Positions 39,437-50,952 of a stretch of DNA of 64,000 nt are shown here, piece by piece. Every line of letters starts with the position of its first letter. The first letter of the stretch is position 1. The position numbers and the translations under genes are program-made. Source of the DNA: Fistulifera solaris (taxonomy: Eukaryota); contig AP026130.1 in the NCBI GenBank assembly GCA_030295235.1, positions 310,001 to 374,000 on the forward strand, in the 5' to 3' direction. The notes below the pieces were generated by a model. The model made no database searches. It saw only the letters and a list, made by a program, of their open reading frames with translations, and was not told the origin of the DNA.

Positions 39437-39795
39437 CTGCGTTAAGTGAGTGATTAAGTGAGTGAGTGAGTGAGATAGAAGAAAAAAAGTAAATCCGGTT
39501 GTTGAGCGCAATGAATGAATGAATGAGGTGATCTCGTTCTCCTTTCTCAAAAGACCCTCATTCATTCGACGTTGCTAGCTTCCACAGGAACGCACCGATC
39601 CCCTTTTTCCGACTGAGTCTTTCTCACAAGACAACTCTAAAGTAGCAACCTTTTATCAATTACTGGAGAACAAAGGCAATGCTTGATTATGTGATGGCTT
39701 TTGCTTCGACGCAACTGTTTCATGTGTCGACTTGAAGCACCGCACCGCCAGTCGTCATCCCTGATTTTGGCGAAACAGTGCGTATATCACGAGCT

Positions 39796-39983
39796 TGATG
39801 TCATCCTGACGTAAGCAGGTGGATTTCCAACTCTATAACAAAGTGTACATCTTATCTCGGTGATGTCAGTATGACGTAGATACGCTTTTTTCCTTCAACG
39901 GCTCTTTCGCGCCGGCAAGTTTCCGTTGTACGCCAGCCATACTCGGGACCTGGTTCATGAATGAATTTCTTCTTTTGACGTCA
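39796..39983. promoter_or_regulatory. Cluster of bZIP (CRE/aureochrome-type) motifs in the ACC / G3PDH divergent promoter
   Basis: TGATGTCA-N3-TGACGTA occurs twice (39796-39813 and 39861-39878), plus a perfect TGACGTCA (39976-39983). Confidence 0.45.
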
Positions 39984-40148
39984 CTCTTTGACAGCGGTGT
40001 TTCGCGTTGCACTCAACGTTCGACAGTGCCAGACGAGCTCGTCACACCATCATCGGCACCTTTCTTTCGAAACAAAGAATGGCTTCGCAAAACTTCCAAA
40101 ACAGACTGCAAGTAAGTTACGATGAATCCGATTGGAATCCGTATCGGC

Positions 40149-42120
40149 ATGACCTCTTGTCATTCTTTGACTACTACTACCATGAGAGCCGCGTTTCATG
40201 ACTCGACAAAGACGTCCTCGCGAGTATTACAGCGCTGCCGCGCCTCACAACCTCGGGTGATTCAGCGAACCTTTCGCGCCCATCGTCAAACCCATCAGAA
40301 TCCGAACAATCACCGAGATCCAGGCCTCCATTGGACCAGTGTCCTTTCGTTTCCCCAAACCGTCCCCGGGCCGGCACAAGTTCCCAGTCGAGGAAAACAG
40401 ATTCAACAATTGCAACAACCCGACGAAGAATACGATGTACTCATAGTCGGCGGCGGCGCCACCGGGGCCGGAATTGCCCTCGATGCGGCCTCCCGCGGAT
40501 TGAAGGTGGCGTGTGTCGAACGCGGCGATTTTGCGTCCGAAACATCGTCGCGGAGTACCAAATTGATTTGGGCCGGCATTAAATATATGGGGAGCGCCAT
40601 TTCCGGTCTCTTGTCGTGGAAGACGCTCACCCATCCGGTGCAATCATTTCAGAATTTTCACGATGAAATGATGATGGTCTATCATTGTCATGTCGAACGA
40701 CGCTACATGATGACAAAACAACCGCATCTGTGTCATTGGGTTCCACTCGTTGTACCCTTTTATGCGTGGCATTTGAATCCTCCTCCATTGGGAGAACCAC
40801 TCTTTGCCTTTTTTTCCCATTCTGGCGCCATTGACTTTTAAAATTTACGACGCCCTTTCCGTGTTTACCTGTCCTTCTTCCTATATCATAACCAAAAACA
40901 AGGCCGCGCACTGCTTTCCGCAACTGCAACTGCACGATCTCAAATACGCCTCGGTCTTTTACGAAGCTCAACACAATGATGCCCGCACGAATCTCGCCAT
41001 TGCCCTGACGGCCGCGGATCGGGGCGCCACGATAGTCAATTATGTCGAAATGATGGATTTTGTGTTTGACGAAAACAAAGTTGTGGGAGCCGTCGTACAA
41101 GATCGTATGACGGGAAACGAATGGATCGTTCGCGCCAAACAGGTGGTCTTGGCCGGGGGACCCTTCACGGATGCATTGCGTCAACGCGAAGTAAGGCAAG
41201 AATCCAGTGACCCGTTTCAACCCGCCGTCGAAGGAGCCAGTGGTACCCATATCGTTTTGCGGGGTGGTATTGTTCCCGAAAATTTGGGTTTGCTCGATTA
41301 CCGGACCCGCGATGGACGCTTTCTCTTTATTTTGCCGTGGCAAGGTCATACGTTGGTGGGTACCACCGATCAAAAAGATCCCGCCCAGACGTTACACAAT
41401 GTCCCGGAAGACGAAATTGAATGGTTATTGGAAGAATCGCAAAAGTATTTGGCGTTACCGGAACCACTGCAACGGTCCGATGTGTTGAGTGCGTGGCGGG
41501 GTTGGCGACCTTTGGCCGTCGATCCACACGCACCACCGGATACGGCCGTGAGTCGCGATCACATTATTTCGGAACATCCCGTCACGGGCGTACTGTTCAT
41601 TGCCGGAGGGAAATGGACGACGTGGCGTCAAATGGCGCAAGATGTGACGGACCGTGTGGTGGCGCGGTTGTCTTTGGACCGAAAGTGTGAAACGTTGGAA
41701 ATTCCGTTGCACGGTGCGGAGGGATATTCGGAAGGATTGTGGAAACAAGTTATTTCGAAGTATAAGGATATGGATGAAGGAATGGCGAAACATTTGGTGG
41801 AAACATACGGTGGATTGGTATGGGAAGTCTTGGCCTGTGGACCCGGAGGAAAATGGGACGAACAACGCTTGGTACCGGGATATCCTTATATTGACGCGGA
41901 AGTCATTTACGCGTGTCGCGAATATGCCTGTACGGTGGAAGATGTATTGAGTCGTCGCACACGATTGGCGTTTTTGAACAAGGAAGCGGCCCAATCGGCG
42001 ATTCGAAGGGTCGCCGATGTGATGGCCCAGGAATTGCAATGGAGTCCCGCCGTAAAAAAACAACAAATTGCAGCAGCGCAAAACTACATTGGGACGTACG
42101 GTGGTCCAAAGTCATCTTGA
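40149..42120 (+). CDS. GPD2: FAD-dependent (mitochondrial-type) glycerol-3-phosphate dehydrogenase, frameshift ~40815
   Basis: [85 protein letters not shown]. Start codon uncertain. Confidence 0.93.
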
Positions 42121-42337
42121 AATTAATGAAGAAGGTTGTAGATACGAAAATAGGGTTGATAGATGTTTGTCGTTTCCGGTTTGTACTATACTTAGGAAAC
42201 CTAGCTAGAGTACGCCAACTGAACTCGAACGCTAATAAAGAAAATACAACGCACGCAAAAACCGATGCGATCGACCATGACGGTCTTTTTTTTCATTTTC
42301 ATTTCCTGCATCGTTCGAAAGCAGTTTCTTGTGCATC

Positions 42338-43458
42338 ATGTTCACTGCAACAACCCTATCCGACGATTCTTCATCCCACGCGGTATCTCGATCGGCGGAA
42401 CTCTTGTCATGCGCCAAAACGGCCGTCAAAATTGCGCAACAACAACATCCTGGTCAAGACGGTTGGTGGTCAACGACGACGTACTTGAGTCTCCATTCTG
42501 GTATAACAACGAGTTATCCCCAATTAGAAGAAGGTTTATCGTTACTGAGGACAATGGATGTTGAATTGCAACAACTGGAAAGTTTGGTGCGACGACGAGG
42601 CCATACGAATGATCCCACCGAACTCATTGCTTTGTCGGTGAAACGACTCGAAACCGATGCGCAAGAATTAGCTGCACTGATCCAAAAAATGATGCCGGTA
42701 CATGCGCGAGGACAATTGCACAAACATTGGCAATGTATTCAACAATGGTTTCAATCGACGGCCCAACAGCAAGGAACGCGTCTCAAGAATATTTTGAAAA
42801 TACGGGCGACCGTCCTCGCGGAACAAGAATTGCGTCGTCAACGATTTTCTGTAAGTGCCGTCAAACCTACTACGTTCAACCACACAAGTCCTCTGTTTAT
42901 GGATTCTCCCGTGCGGCCTCCGCAACAAAATGCTAACGCTACTGCACAAACTAGTGCCCAGAATGGTGCACATCGAACGTACGGCGGTGCGCCTTCGTAT
43001 TACGGTGGACCACGACCGACGGGATACGGTGGTGGATACGGCTCTCAAAGTAATACACCATATTATCAAGGACCCCATCATTCCGTGGGAATGCGACAAC
43101 GTCGCGGCCTGCAACACGACACACAACAACAAGAGACACAACAAGAACAAATGATGCTGCAACAACGTCTCCAACAACGACAAACAAATCAACGATTGCA
43201 GGAAGCGCGTCAAGCCGAACGATCCTTGGCGGAATTGGGGACGTTGTTTGGGAAAATGTCTTCGCTCATCACACAACAATCCGAAGTCTTGGACAAGGTC
43301 GAAGATGATGTCGAAGCCGCTTATCACGATGTCACGGCGGGGCAACAGGAAATTGTCATTTTGCAAGCTTTGAAAAAGGAAATCGAGCTCTCATTATCAA
43401 AGTATTTGCGCTATTGATCTTTTTTATCATATTCATGAGAGTTTATAAGGGTAAATAA
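42338..43458 (+). CDS. STX5: Syntaxin 5 / Sed5-like Qa-SNARE, frameshift ~43375
   Basis: SNARE heptad AERSLAELGTLFGKMSSLITQQSEVLDKVEDDVE; the corrected C-terminus is GNRALIIKVFALLIFFIIFMRVYKGK* (tail anchor). Confidence 0.8.
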
Positions 43459-43482
43459 TAAAGAAGGACTATTCGCTCATCT

Positions 43483-44622
43483 TCAATCCTCGACTGAATG
43501 ATTCTCCGCCCAATAATCCAACACTTCCCCCATGACCGTCTGGAACAAATTTCCCGAATTCGTTTTCGCTCCTTCCGTCAAGAGTCGTCGCCACAATACT
43601 TCCAAACACTGATCGATTGGTTGATACAAGGCGGGCATATCGTGTTCATCTTTCGCCGACAAAGGTGGACACAATTCACTGGATCGAACATCGACTTTGG
43701 GAATCTGAATGGGTTTGCTCCATTGTCGTTTCGGAAAATGTTCGTGTGTAAAAATGCGCAAATCCTTGATTTGCATGCGGGCGATGCGTATCAGATCCTC
43801 TTTCTTTGCTTGGTTGTTGTTTTTGGGTTCTTTGCGCGCAACGACTTTTTGGACGGTTTGTGTTTTCTTGCGCACGACTTCGGAGACGTGTTGGACAATT
43901 TCGGCGCCTTCTTTCATGGCGACGGACTTTTTGGTCCCTTGCAGCGCCTTCAATTGATTGGTCAATTTTTGACGATGTTCGACGAGGGCCCCTTTGATGG
44001 ACCCTTCTTTCGCGGCTTGACGAATGGCTCGTAGCATATCCTCCATGAGCATTTGGGCCTTTTCTTCCGTCGGGTCTGTACTCGTGTCATTTGCGGTAGT
44101 TGATTCCTCCTCGTTAGTAATAGAATCCTCGTGACTGTTGTCTTCTATTATATGGTCCGGTATCACGACGTGTTTGTCGCACAGAAAGAAATTAAAGAAA
44201 TTGTGGCGTCGTTCAATGAACACTTGAATGTCAGAAGCGGCGATGGTGTACAAATCGATCGGCAATTCTTCTCTCAATACTAAATTCGAAAACAGGCACT
44301 GCATAAAATTCCCCTGCACATAGAACCGCCCCACACGGGCCAAGAGGGGCGCATCCCAATGAAATTGATCGCGGCGGGGCGCGTGCAACACCAAGTTGGA
44401 ACACCACACTTGACCCCGCAGTACATCGAATTGAAGGTTCCCGATAGTCACGGGCGTCCCATTGAGGGCTTTACTAATTTCGGATTCTGTCAAATACCAC
44501 AACAGTCGATGCATCCATCCCATGGCAAAGACGATTGTGAAGAACAGTGAAACCACGAGAACGGATTGACTGAATGTGACGAGGATGCGCGAAATGGAGG
44601 CGGATATTATAGAGAAGAGCAT
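43483..44622 (-). CDS. Hypothetical membrane protein with an AsmA/chorein-N-like N-terminal region
   Basis: Intact ORF with a TM helix followed by ESEISKALNGTPVTIGNLQFDVLRGQVWCSNLVLH. The fold assignment is inference. Confidence 0.6.
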   Translation of the reverse strand: MLFSIISASISRILVTFSQSVLVVSLFFTIVFAMGWMHRLLWYLTESEISKALNGTPVTIGNLQFDVLRGQVWCSNLVLHAPRRDQFHWDAPLLARVGRFYVQGNFMQCLFSNLVLREELPIDLYTIAASDIQVFIERRHNFFNFFLCDKHVVIPDHIIEDNSHEDSITNEEESTTANDTSTDPTEEKAQMLMEDMLRAIRQAAKEGSIKGALVEHRQKLTNQLKALQGTKKSVAMKEGAEIVQHVSEVVRKKTQTVQKVVARKEPKNNNQAKKEDLIRIARMQIKDLRIFTHEHFPKRQWSKPIQIPKVDVRSSELCPPLSAKDEHDMPALYQPIDQCLEVLWRRLLTEGAKTNSGNLFQTVMGEVLDYWAENHSVED

Positions 44623-45038
44623 TGTTGTCTCTCTTGAATGAATACTACATGAATAACGATTGTTCCTGTTGTGAATTGTTGTTTTCGTCATTACTGTTTG
44701 GGTATTCAGCAGCTCCGTCTTTTTGTTTGCATCACAAATGTTTTTTTGTCGCGAAGGATGCCCCTACAATAACTTGTTTCGTAATTAGAGTGCTGTTACT
44801 GTAACTGTAAGGGTAACTTCTGCTAACGGCAAAATATCGTGTTTTCTTGCAAATTAACGGAAAACCGGTTCGTTTTCAACGGAATTTAAGCGTGAATTAC
44901 CGTGACACGACAAAAACACACGACAAACATTTTTTCGTCCGCCTGCGAAGACGAACACAGACGAACACTATACGGTCTCATTCACGACACAATCAAGCGG
45001 AACAAAAAACGAATTCATTCATTCGATATCTTCTAACC

Positions 45039-45642
45039 ATGACCACGGACACGATACGGTTGTCAGCCAGTCATCACGAAAACTACCAAAGTACAACGGA
45101 GGACCGCCCGATGGTCGTAATGCCTCCCCCTGGCGCTGTTCCCCGAATTCTTGCTCGTCATTTCCCCCTTTCGACGACCCATTACCTGGAGTATCATCAA
45201 TGTATTGTGTATGATATGGTGTTATTTGCTGTTGGATCAATTCGGAGAACCCGGACCCCGCGAAACAGAACACGGGAATGAACTCTATTTGGCGTGGAAT
45301 TTCTGGACAACCTTTTTGTGGTGCCTGGAAGCGGGTTTGTGTTCGCACTATCATTATTATCATCGACATTCGATGCGACGGCTCGATAGTTTGATGGATG
45401 TGGTGCAGTTCGTGGTGGCCGTCTACTTTTTGGTCGATTCCATTCAATTGTATCGCGCATCGCGACGGCCGGGCGAGAAAATTTATGGCGAAGTCACCGA
45501 TGTCTTTTTGTCGCTGGCGGCCTATCTCGGTGCCTCGATCTATTACATGTCCTTGTATTATCAAGGACGATCGGGACAAGATGAGGTGCCTTCGTGTGAA
45601 CGAGAAATGACTGGCACTGAAAGTGAAGAAGAAAAACTTTAG
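45039..45642 (+). CDS. Small multi-pass membrane protein (one frameshift)
   Basis: About four hydrophobic segments (WSIINVLCMIW, YLAWNFWTTFLW, VQFVVAVYFLV, VFLSLAAYLG). Confidence 0.55.
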
Positions 45643-45685
45643 TTACGCGAATATTGCCTAATGGAAGAGTCGTCCTACGTTGCTG

Positions 45686-45972
45686 GATAAATGCCAGGTC
45701 GTATGCAAGCTGTTAAAGTCATTGAGCGTGAAGTGGAATGGTCGGAAGCACGTAGCTCTCGAGGACTTTGTCGCAAACTGGAGGAGTTCGACCTCCGTCA
45801 GAAAAGCATCGAGAAGTCGGGCGGGGCGTCAAGTCTCTCGAAGTGGTGCAAGTCATGGGTGGCAACACGGCCCGAGTGGGAACGACTGCCATTGTGGAAA
45901 GGTCTCGGCCGCACCATCATCCTCGCGGAAGATGGACAGAACGTCAAGCATTTGTTGACGCATCCTATCAAC
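45686..45972 (+). pseudogene. Inverted, internally deleted duplicate of the ACCase 3' end
   Basis: [31 protein letters not shown] / [25 protein letters not shown] / AEDGQNVKHLLT align to ACC at about 32176-32650 on the minus strand. Confidence 0.92.
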
Positions 45973-46406
45973 GAATTACTAGCGTATTTAAATAAGAAAG
46001 AGCATTGATGGATTCCGTCACTTGTTTCTTGTATATTACAGTTTTAAGATGACGACGACTCTCCCGTGTTTCTCTTAGACTAGACTAAGCTCTCTCTAGT
46101 TGCTAAAGGTTAATATTTGGCTCTCTCTCCAGACCCCTCTCGTGAAGAGTGAGTTGCAATCTGCAACATCATCACATCGTACCGGTGTTATCAATTAGAC
46201 ACTGAAATCCTCCAACGGACACTCAACGGTCATGACAGGGGTCTTGCGTCTTGCTTCATGATGACGTTTCCCTCGGCGAGCTTTCTCCGCATTTTCTTCC
46301 AACGCCAACAACACTTCGCGTCCTCTCTGTTCAACCAACAACATTATAGTGTTAGCAAACGCAACAACCAATACCACTCTTTCTACTACTAAAATAATCA
46401 CACACC

Positions 46407-47398
46407 ATGACAGACTACGCGGAACGCATTGAACACGCCATTCCGGCCGAATTTCACATGATCAGTGGTTCGCACGACATGCAAACGAGTGCCGACGTCT
46501 TTAATACATCGCAATTCGAATTGCCCAATCCGGCCGGCAAAGCCGGGGTGCTTGCACGAGTGCCTTGTTGCAAGTCCTCTATAAAGACAATCATGCTGCT
46601 TCCTCCCAAATGAGTTGGGTGGAATGTTTGCGGAAAATGCGTTCCGAATTGAATCGCATGGGATACGATCAAATTCCGCAACTCACCAGCAGTCGTTTGA
46701 TTGATGTCAACAAACCGATGACCATTGTACCTCCCGGATCGACGGGACATCGTCGTGCTATATTGATTGGTATCAATTATATTGGACAGAAAGGACAATT
46801 GAGTGGTTGTCACAATGATGCCATGAATATTAAGAAGTACTTAATCAACGTGCACGGTTTCAAAGAAAGTGAAATGTTGATTTTAATGGACGACAATAAA
46901 CATCATCCACCGACACGACGGAATATTGAAGATGCCTTTCAGCGGATTACGCAATACAGTCAAGCGGGGGATGTCGTCTTTGTCCATTATTCCGGGCACG
47001 GGAGTCGGATTCCCGATTTGGATGGCGACGAATCGGATGGGTACGACGAGACGCTCGTGCCGGTCGATTTCAAAAGTGCCGGTCAAATTGTCGATGGTAC
47101 GTGTAACAAAGCAACAATGGTGGTTGTGTAGATGCGCAACTCACTCACTTTCATGATTACAGACGAAATATTGAAATTACTGGTCAAACCAATGAAAGCC
47201 GGTGTCACGTGTACCGTTCTCATGGATTGTTGTCATTCGGGGACCGTCCTCGATTTACCCTATCGCTTTTCGGCCGATGATTCGCAAATGCGTTTGGATC
47301 CTCGAATGAATTTGGAAAAGTATTTGGGAAAATTCGATGTACAGACCGTCCTTTGTTTGGCCTTGTTGGCGTGTTGTTTGGCGGATCTGTTGAATTAG
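46407..47398 (+). CDS. Type III metacaspase (p10 before p20); intron 47097-47162, frameshift ~46545
   Basis: p10 [30 protein letters not shown] precedes p20 [39 protein letters not shown]. Confidence 0.92.
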
Positions 47399-47459
47399 AG
47401 AATTACTACTACTAGTAGTAGTAATAGATTAGTGACTTGGTTCTTCTTTTTATTCTTAC

Positions 47460-47926
47460 TTATGCATTTCTCTTGGGCAAACTGCCATCACCCCCACGGC
47501 AATTTGGAGAGGGTGGAATGTGGGTATCTCCCGCATTCCATTGCGTCGGAGATTTTGCAACAATACTCAACGCATGGACCGGGCCTTGCAGTTGTTCCTG
47601 TAGTGCGGAATTGATGAGACGATGTCTCTTTACCAAATTCAGCGACTCGAATTGTTCCGACACCACGACGACTTTGAAATGGGTTTCCGAGTGAACGGGT
47701 CTGCTTAAAATGATGAGTTGTAATTGTGAAAACAACAATTCATTCGTCTTTCACGTACACATTGTGCATGTGTGATTCATTGATCACATCGAGATGGGGA
47801 GGGAGAAAACGCCGCTTGTAATTTTTCCCGAATGGCCGTCGCGACAGGTGTATTACTAACAGAACTCATCGCACGATAAAGAGGAAAAGACCGGCGGCTT
47901 ATAGAGGATGTTCGAGAAGAAATCAT
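47460..47926 (-). CDS. BOLA1: BolA-like protein (BOLA1) with probable mitochondrial presequence; intron 47701-47758
   Basis: LDVINESHMHNV|PVHSETHFKVVVVSEQF..VKRHRLIN..VHALSIVAKSP..SPNCRGG; presequence MISSRTSSISRRSF. Confidence 0.88.
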
Positions 47927-48294
47927 GCCCCTGCTTGAGGGTGATCAGTGAGGATAGAATCAATGAATGATAATAAAAGCAACGTTGTTATTTGCTTGGA
48001 GGCAGACGGCGATGTTCCAACAACAAAAAAAAACGCGAAAGTGACGAGACGTTACCGTTGCGACAAACTTGGTATATTTCTGTGCGTCGACCGTAAACAT
48101 CATAGATCATAGCGATCGCCACTCTCCTCCACACTGACGCACAACAAGGATTTCTTTGGCAACAATAAACCTTGCATCCTTTCATGATTGTATATCATAA
48201 TCAAGGAAAGGTCTTTCATTTAGAACCACGACAAGAAATTTGAACGGTATTTTATTGAAATCGGAAGGTAATCAGCAGTTTCTTCCTCTCGAGA

Positions 48295-50923
48295 ATGGCT
48301 GGGAAACTTTCGTTTTTCATCATGATCTTGTTGCGTATCACGACGGCGTTGGCGCCCCGTCGCACATTCTTTGCTAGATCCAGCAGTATCCTCTTCATGT
48401 CAACCACGAAAGAAACGGCACCGCATCAAATGACACCGGCCGTCTTTCCCTTTCAACACGTCGAAGCCAAATGGCAAGCCTATTGGCAGAAACATCAAAC
48501 CTTTCGGACACCGCAACGCGATTTGTCGAAACCGAAAAAATACGTCTTGGATATGTTTCCGTATCCCTCCGGAGCCGGACTGCACGTCGGACATCCGGAA
48601 GGATATACGGCGTCCGATGTCATGGCCCGGTATTGGCGAATGAAAGGATACGATGTCTTGCATCCGATTGGGTGGGATTCCTTTGGTTTGCCGGCCGAAC
48701 AATACGCCATACAAACGGGCGCCCAACCGGCCGATACGACTGCCGCCAATATTGCCAATTTCAAACGACAATTGCAAATGTTGGGATTCAGTTACGATTG
48801 GGATCGGGAATTGGCGACCACTGACGTGGAGTATGTCAAATGGACGCAATGGATCTTCTTGCAACTCTTCCGAAAGGGATTGGCGGAACAATCAGAAGTA
48901 TCGGTCAATTGGTGTCCCGCTCTCGGGACTGTCTTGGCGAATGAAGAAGTTATTAATGGATTGTCGGAACGGGGAGACCATCCCGTCGAACGTTTGCCCT
49001 TGCGTCAATGGGTATTGAAAATTACGCAATATGCCGATCGGCTCGAAGAAGGATTGCAAGGTTTGGAATGGCCCGCGGGGACGTTGTCGGCACAAAAGCA
49101 ATGGATTGGTCGGAGTGAGGGATGTCGGATTGATTTTGGGATCGAAGGGATGGATACGGAAACAATTACTGTCTTTACGACACGAGCGGATACATTGATG
49201 GGGGTCACGTACGTGACTTTGGCACCGGAACATCCCTTGGTTTTGTCGGTGACATCAGAAGAACAGAAGGATGCCGTGAGTGCTTACGTGAATGAAGCGT
49301 CGTCACGATCGGATCTGGATCGGACGTCCAGCAAAAGAAAAAGTCGGGGGTATTCACGGGAGGTTACGCATTGCATCCCATTTCCGGCGAGCGTGTCCCT
49401 ATTTGGGTCGGTGACTATGTCTTGGGATCCTATGGAACTGGTGCGGTGATGGCAGTACCGGCACATGATCAGCGAGATTTTGAGTTTGCACAAAAGTATG
49501 GTCTTGATATCAAGTGGGTCGTGGAACCGGCCGACCATGCCGAATTGGACCAGACAGTCGCCTTTACCGAGTACGGAGTAAATGTGAACAGTGGAGAGTT
49601 TGATGGATTAACTACCGAGAAAGCGAAGGAGGCTGTCACGAAAAAGTTGGAAGAATTGGAAAAGGGCGGAACGCAGATTAATTACAAGCTCCGTGACTGG
49701 GTGTTTTCGAGGCAGCGCTATTGGGGAGAACCTATTCCGATCTACTTCCCGATTGACTTTCCTGAGGGTGTAGACCCGTCACAACAAGACCCGAAACTTG
49801 ATGACTGTCAGCACACGATTCGATACGATCAACCTATTCCTGTCGATGAAGCCGATCTGCCGCTAAAGCTTCCGGTAATGGAGGATTTCCAGCCGGGTGA
49901 TAACCCGGCCGGTTGTTCTGGCTCGTGCCAGGGACTGGAGATACTTCCAAAAAGATGGAAAATGGTTTGCTCGTGAAACCAATACGATGCCTCAATGGGC
50001 TGGAAGCTGTTGGTACTATTTCCGTTTTCTTGACCCGAAAAATAGTAAAGAGGCATTCAGCAAAAAGGTAGACGAGGAATGGATGCCAGTTGATCTTTAC
50101 GTCGGTGGAGCGGAACACGCCGTCTTGCATCTTCTCTATGCTCGCTTTTGGCACCAAGTTCTGTTTGATCTCGGCTACACCACACACCCCGAACCATTTC
50201 AAAAACTTGTTCACCAAGGTATGATTCTTGGTAGCGATGGAGAAAAAAATGTCCAAGAGTCGCGGCAATGTTGTCAACCCAGATGACATCGTCCAGAGCC
50301 AAGGGGCCGATGCTTTGCGCATGTATGAAATGTTCATGGGGCCGCTTGAAGCTGTTAAGCCATGGCAAACAAGCCAAGTTGCTGGGGTTGTACGGTTCAT
50401 GAATAAAGCATACAATATCGTAGTATCCGCTGCCGCCACGAAACATACCGAGATGGGAGACGAAACCTTGCGGCTGATGAATAAAACCATGAAAAAGGTG
50501 ACAGAGGATATTGAAAACATGTCTTTCAACACTGCCATTTCGGCGCTGATGGTGTATGCGAATCATCTTCAATCATTAGAAACGATACCGAGAGAAGCGG
50601 CCAAGACATTGACACTTATGGTTTCTCCATTCGCTCCCCATTTAGGCGAGGAATGCTGGAACATTTTAGGGCACACGGAATCGTTGGCCTATGAGCCGTG
50701 GGTGGTATTCGACGAAGCACTGTGTGTTGATACTACCGTCACAATCGGAGTGCAGGTTAACGGTAAATCACGTGGCGAAATTTCCATAGCAAAAGATGCT
50801 GATGAAGCAACAGCTGTGGCTGCTGCTAGTGGTGTCGACAAAGTTCAAGTGCAATTGGAAGGAAAAGAAATCAAAAAGATCATCTACGTTCCTGGTCGAA
50901 TTCTCAATTTAATAGCAAAGTAA
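48295..50923 (+). CDS. LARS2: Organellar (bacterial-type) leucyl-tRNA synthetase, three frameshifts
   Basis: [65 protein letters not shown]; hydrophobic N-terminal targeting peptide. Confidence 0.96.
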
Positions 50924-50952
50924 GCGAATCTGATTTAATCCTTGTTTAAACT

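Noticed and set aside
39444..39566. (GTGA)n and (AATG)n short repeats in the ACC 5' region
   Set aside because: These are short microsatellite or initiator-like tracts, with no spacer-repeat array structure.
46067..46176. CTAG/CT-rich stretch after the ACC fragment resembling an LTR 3' end
   Set aside because: The resemblance is only compositional. It is about 110 bp, with no TSD and no second copy in the window.
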